Both the position numbers and the translations under genes were made by a program. Positions 62,111 to 64,000 of a DNA stretch of 64,000 bases are shown here, piece by piece. Position 1 is the stretch's first letter. Every line of letters starts with the position of its first letter. This DNA comes from Flavobacteriia bacterium (GTDB lineage: Bacteria > Bacteroidota > Bacteroidia > Flavobacteriales_D > Crocinitomicaceae), in NCBI GenBank assembly GCA_947464135.1, contig CANHVK010000003.1, positions 1,223-65,222 of the forward strand, written 5' to 3'. The notes below the pieces were generated by a model. That model saw only the letters and a program-made list of their open reading frames with translations. It had not been told where the DNA came from and searched no databases.

Positions 62111-64000
62111 ATGAAAGAATTAATTTGGTTAGTACCGCTTTTACCATTGGCAGGATTTCTAATTGTCAGCCTTGGTAAATCTTACCTTTCGAAAAATCTT
62201 TCGGGTATCATTGCTAGTACAATGGTATTAGGCTCTTTCTTATTAGCGTTAGGAATATTCTTCGATATCTCTGGAAGCAAAGAAAAATCATTCACTGTAA
62301 ATTTATTTGAATGGATTGCAACAGGAGACTTTAAAGTAAATATCGCATTCTTAATTGACCCATTATCAGCAATAATGTTATTAATTATCACAGGGGTAGG
62401 TTTCCTAATCCATCTGTATTCAATGGGATATATGCACGATGATGAAGGATATGCGAAATTCTTCTCGTATTTGAATTTATTCGTATTCTTTATGTTATTG
62501 CTTGTTTTAGGTGATAACTACCTGTTAATGTTTGCAGGATGGGAAGGTGTAGGTTTAGCATCCTATTTATTGATAGGATTCTGGTTTAAAAACTCTTCTT
62601 ACAATGATGCTGCGAAAAAAGCATTCATCGTAAACAGAATAGGGGATTTAGGATTCATTTTAGGAATTTTCTTAATCTACATTACATTTGGTTCAATCCA
62701 ATACAGCAATGTGTTCTCTGAAGCGTTAAATTTAAAAGAAAGTGAACCAGCAATCGTAGCTGCAACTTTATTGTTATTCATCGGTGCGATGGGTAAGAGT
62801 GCTCAAATTCCATTATACACTTGGTTACCTGATGCAATGGCAGGACCAACACCAGTTTCAGCTTTAATTCACGCAGCAACAATGGTAACGGCAGGGGTTT
62901 ATATGATTGCGCGTTCAAACATTTTATATAGCCTTTCTCCTGAAACGTTACAATTTGTGGCAATAATTGGTGGGGTAACAGCAGTATTTGCAGCATCTAT
63001 CGGTATCTTCCAAAATGATATCAAAAAAGTATTGGCATATTCTACTGTAAGTCAATTAGGTTATATGTTTTTAGCATTGGGTGTAGGTGCATTTACTGGT
63101 GGTGTTTTCCACTTAATGACACACGCTTTCTTCAAAGCATTATTATTCCTAGGAGCAGGTAGTGTTATTCACGCAATGAGTGGAGAACAAGATATACGTA
63201 AGATGGGAGGTTTAAGAAAAAAAATACCTGTAACATTCATAACATTCTTAATAGGAACTATCGCTATTTCAGGGATACCACCATTTTCAGGTTTCTTCTC
63301 TAAAGATGAAATTTTAGCACACGCATACGAAGTAAGTCCTTTCTTCTGGGTGTTAGGTGTACTTGGGTCAATGATGACAACGTTCTATATGTTCCGTTTG
63401 TTATTCGTTACTTTCTTTGGTTCATTTAGAGGAACAGAAGAACAAAAACACCATTTACACGAGTCGCCAAAAACAATGACTATTCCATTAATTGTATTAG
63501 CAGTATTGGCAACAATTGCTGGTTTTGCAGGTATTCCAGATATTATGGTGCACGATGGACATTGGTTAGAAAGTTTCTTACACCCAGTGTTTAAAGGTTC
63601 AGAAGCATTTACACACGGACATAAAATGTCTCATTCTATGGAATGGATACTAATGGGTGCAACGGTGTTAATTACAGTGCTTATGTTATTGTTTGCTTAC
63701 ACGAAATTTGTGAAAAACAATAACGTACCGGCAGGGGATGAAAAAAAACAAGGATTTTTACCAAACTTATTGGCAAACAAATATTATGTAGATGAATTAT
63801 ACAATGCTATCATCACAAAACCTTTAAATGCACTTTCAGGATTTACATACAAGTTTATGGAATTGAAAGGAGTTGATTTCATTGTGAACGGTACAGGAAA
63901 TGCTATCGTTTGGATAAGTGGAGTAGCAAGAAGAGTACAATCAGGAAATACAGGATTTTACATTTTCGCTATGGTGGTGAGCATCATCGTAATATTGGTA
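62111..64000 (+). CDS. nuoL: NADH-quinone oxidoreductase subunit L (630 codons, no stop before window end)
   Basis: Not in the ORF track because no stop lies in the window. ATG 62111 reads MKELIWLVPLLPLAGF...FAGWEGVGLASYLLIGFWFKN. The frame stays open to base 64000. Confidence 0.93.
   Translation, partial: MKELIWLVPLLPLAGFLIVSLGKSYLSKNLSGIIASTMVLGSFLLALGIFFDISGSKEKSFTVNLFEWIATGDFKVNIAFLIDPLSAIMLLIITGVGFLIHLYSMGYMHDDEGYAKFFSYLNLFVFFMLLLVLGDNYLLMFAGWEGVGLASYLLIGFWFKNSSYNDAAKKAFIVNRIGDLGFILGIFLIYITFGSIQYSNVFSEALNLKESEPAIVAATLLLFIGAMGKSAQIPLYTWLPDAMAGPTPVSALIHAATMVTAGVYMIARSNILYSLSPETLQFVAIIGGVTAVFAASIGIFQNDIKKVLAYSTVSQLGYMFLALGVGAFTGGVFHLMTHAFFKALLFLGAGSVIHAMSGEQDIRKMGGLRKKIPVTFITFLIGTIAISGIPPFSGFFSKDEILAHAYEVSPFFWVLGVLGSMMTTFYMFRLLFVTFFGSFRGTEEQKHHLHESPKTMTIPLIVLAVLATIAGFAGIPDIMVHDGHWLESFLHPVFKGSEAFTHGHKMSHSMEWILMGATVLITVLMLLFAYTKFVKNNNVPAGDEKKQGFLPNLLANKYYVDELYNAIITKPLNALSGFTYKFMELKGVDFIVNGTGNAIVWISGVARRVQSGNTGFYIFAMVVSIIVILV

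Overview
AT-rich (roughly one-third G+C by eye) chromosomal segment that looks like Flavobacteriia/Bacteroidota. Support: T9SS C-terminal sorting domains, TAnnTTTG -7 promoter boxes 17-23 nt upstream of many start codons, long-form IspG and a short NuoG. I count about 57 protein-coding genes (two run off the window ends), one frameshifted XRE pseudogene and one tRNA-Cys(GCA). I saw no rRNA, CRISPR array, transposase or integrase. Core genes: ygiQ, PIN-PhoH, hemW, a T9SS serine protease, NDH-2, recJ, hutI, hslR-like, a desaturase, ispG, mnmG, ybeY, gltX, folB, and nuoA to nuoL (53.8 kb to the window end). Notable modules: (1) a DabA/DabB pair followed by a SulP/STAS transporter (9.1-15.6 kb). 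(2) An accessory islet at 23.3-33.2 kb around recJ. It holds hipB-hipA with a LOG-family gene 13 nt downstream, a COG1373/DUF4143 AAA+ ATPase with 32-bp tandem iterons on its promoter, and a tripartite HTH / HipA-N-like / Zn-ribbon HipA-kinase operon resembling HipBST, with three 20-bp operators at exact 40-bp spacing. (3) An unannotated 59-codon two-TM ORF between nuoC and nuoD. The strongest non-genic signal is a dense family of GC-rich palindromic REP/MITE-like elements, about 16 arms at 8 loci. They fill intergenic spacers, bracket single genes and supply the stop codons of two ORFs. Other repeats: a 26-nt perfect repeat 25 kb apart, a 17-nt palindrome present three times around mnmG, and three direct repeats upstream of nuoA. 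All family assignments come from motif recognition by eye. No database search was possible.
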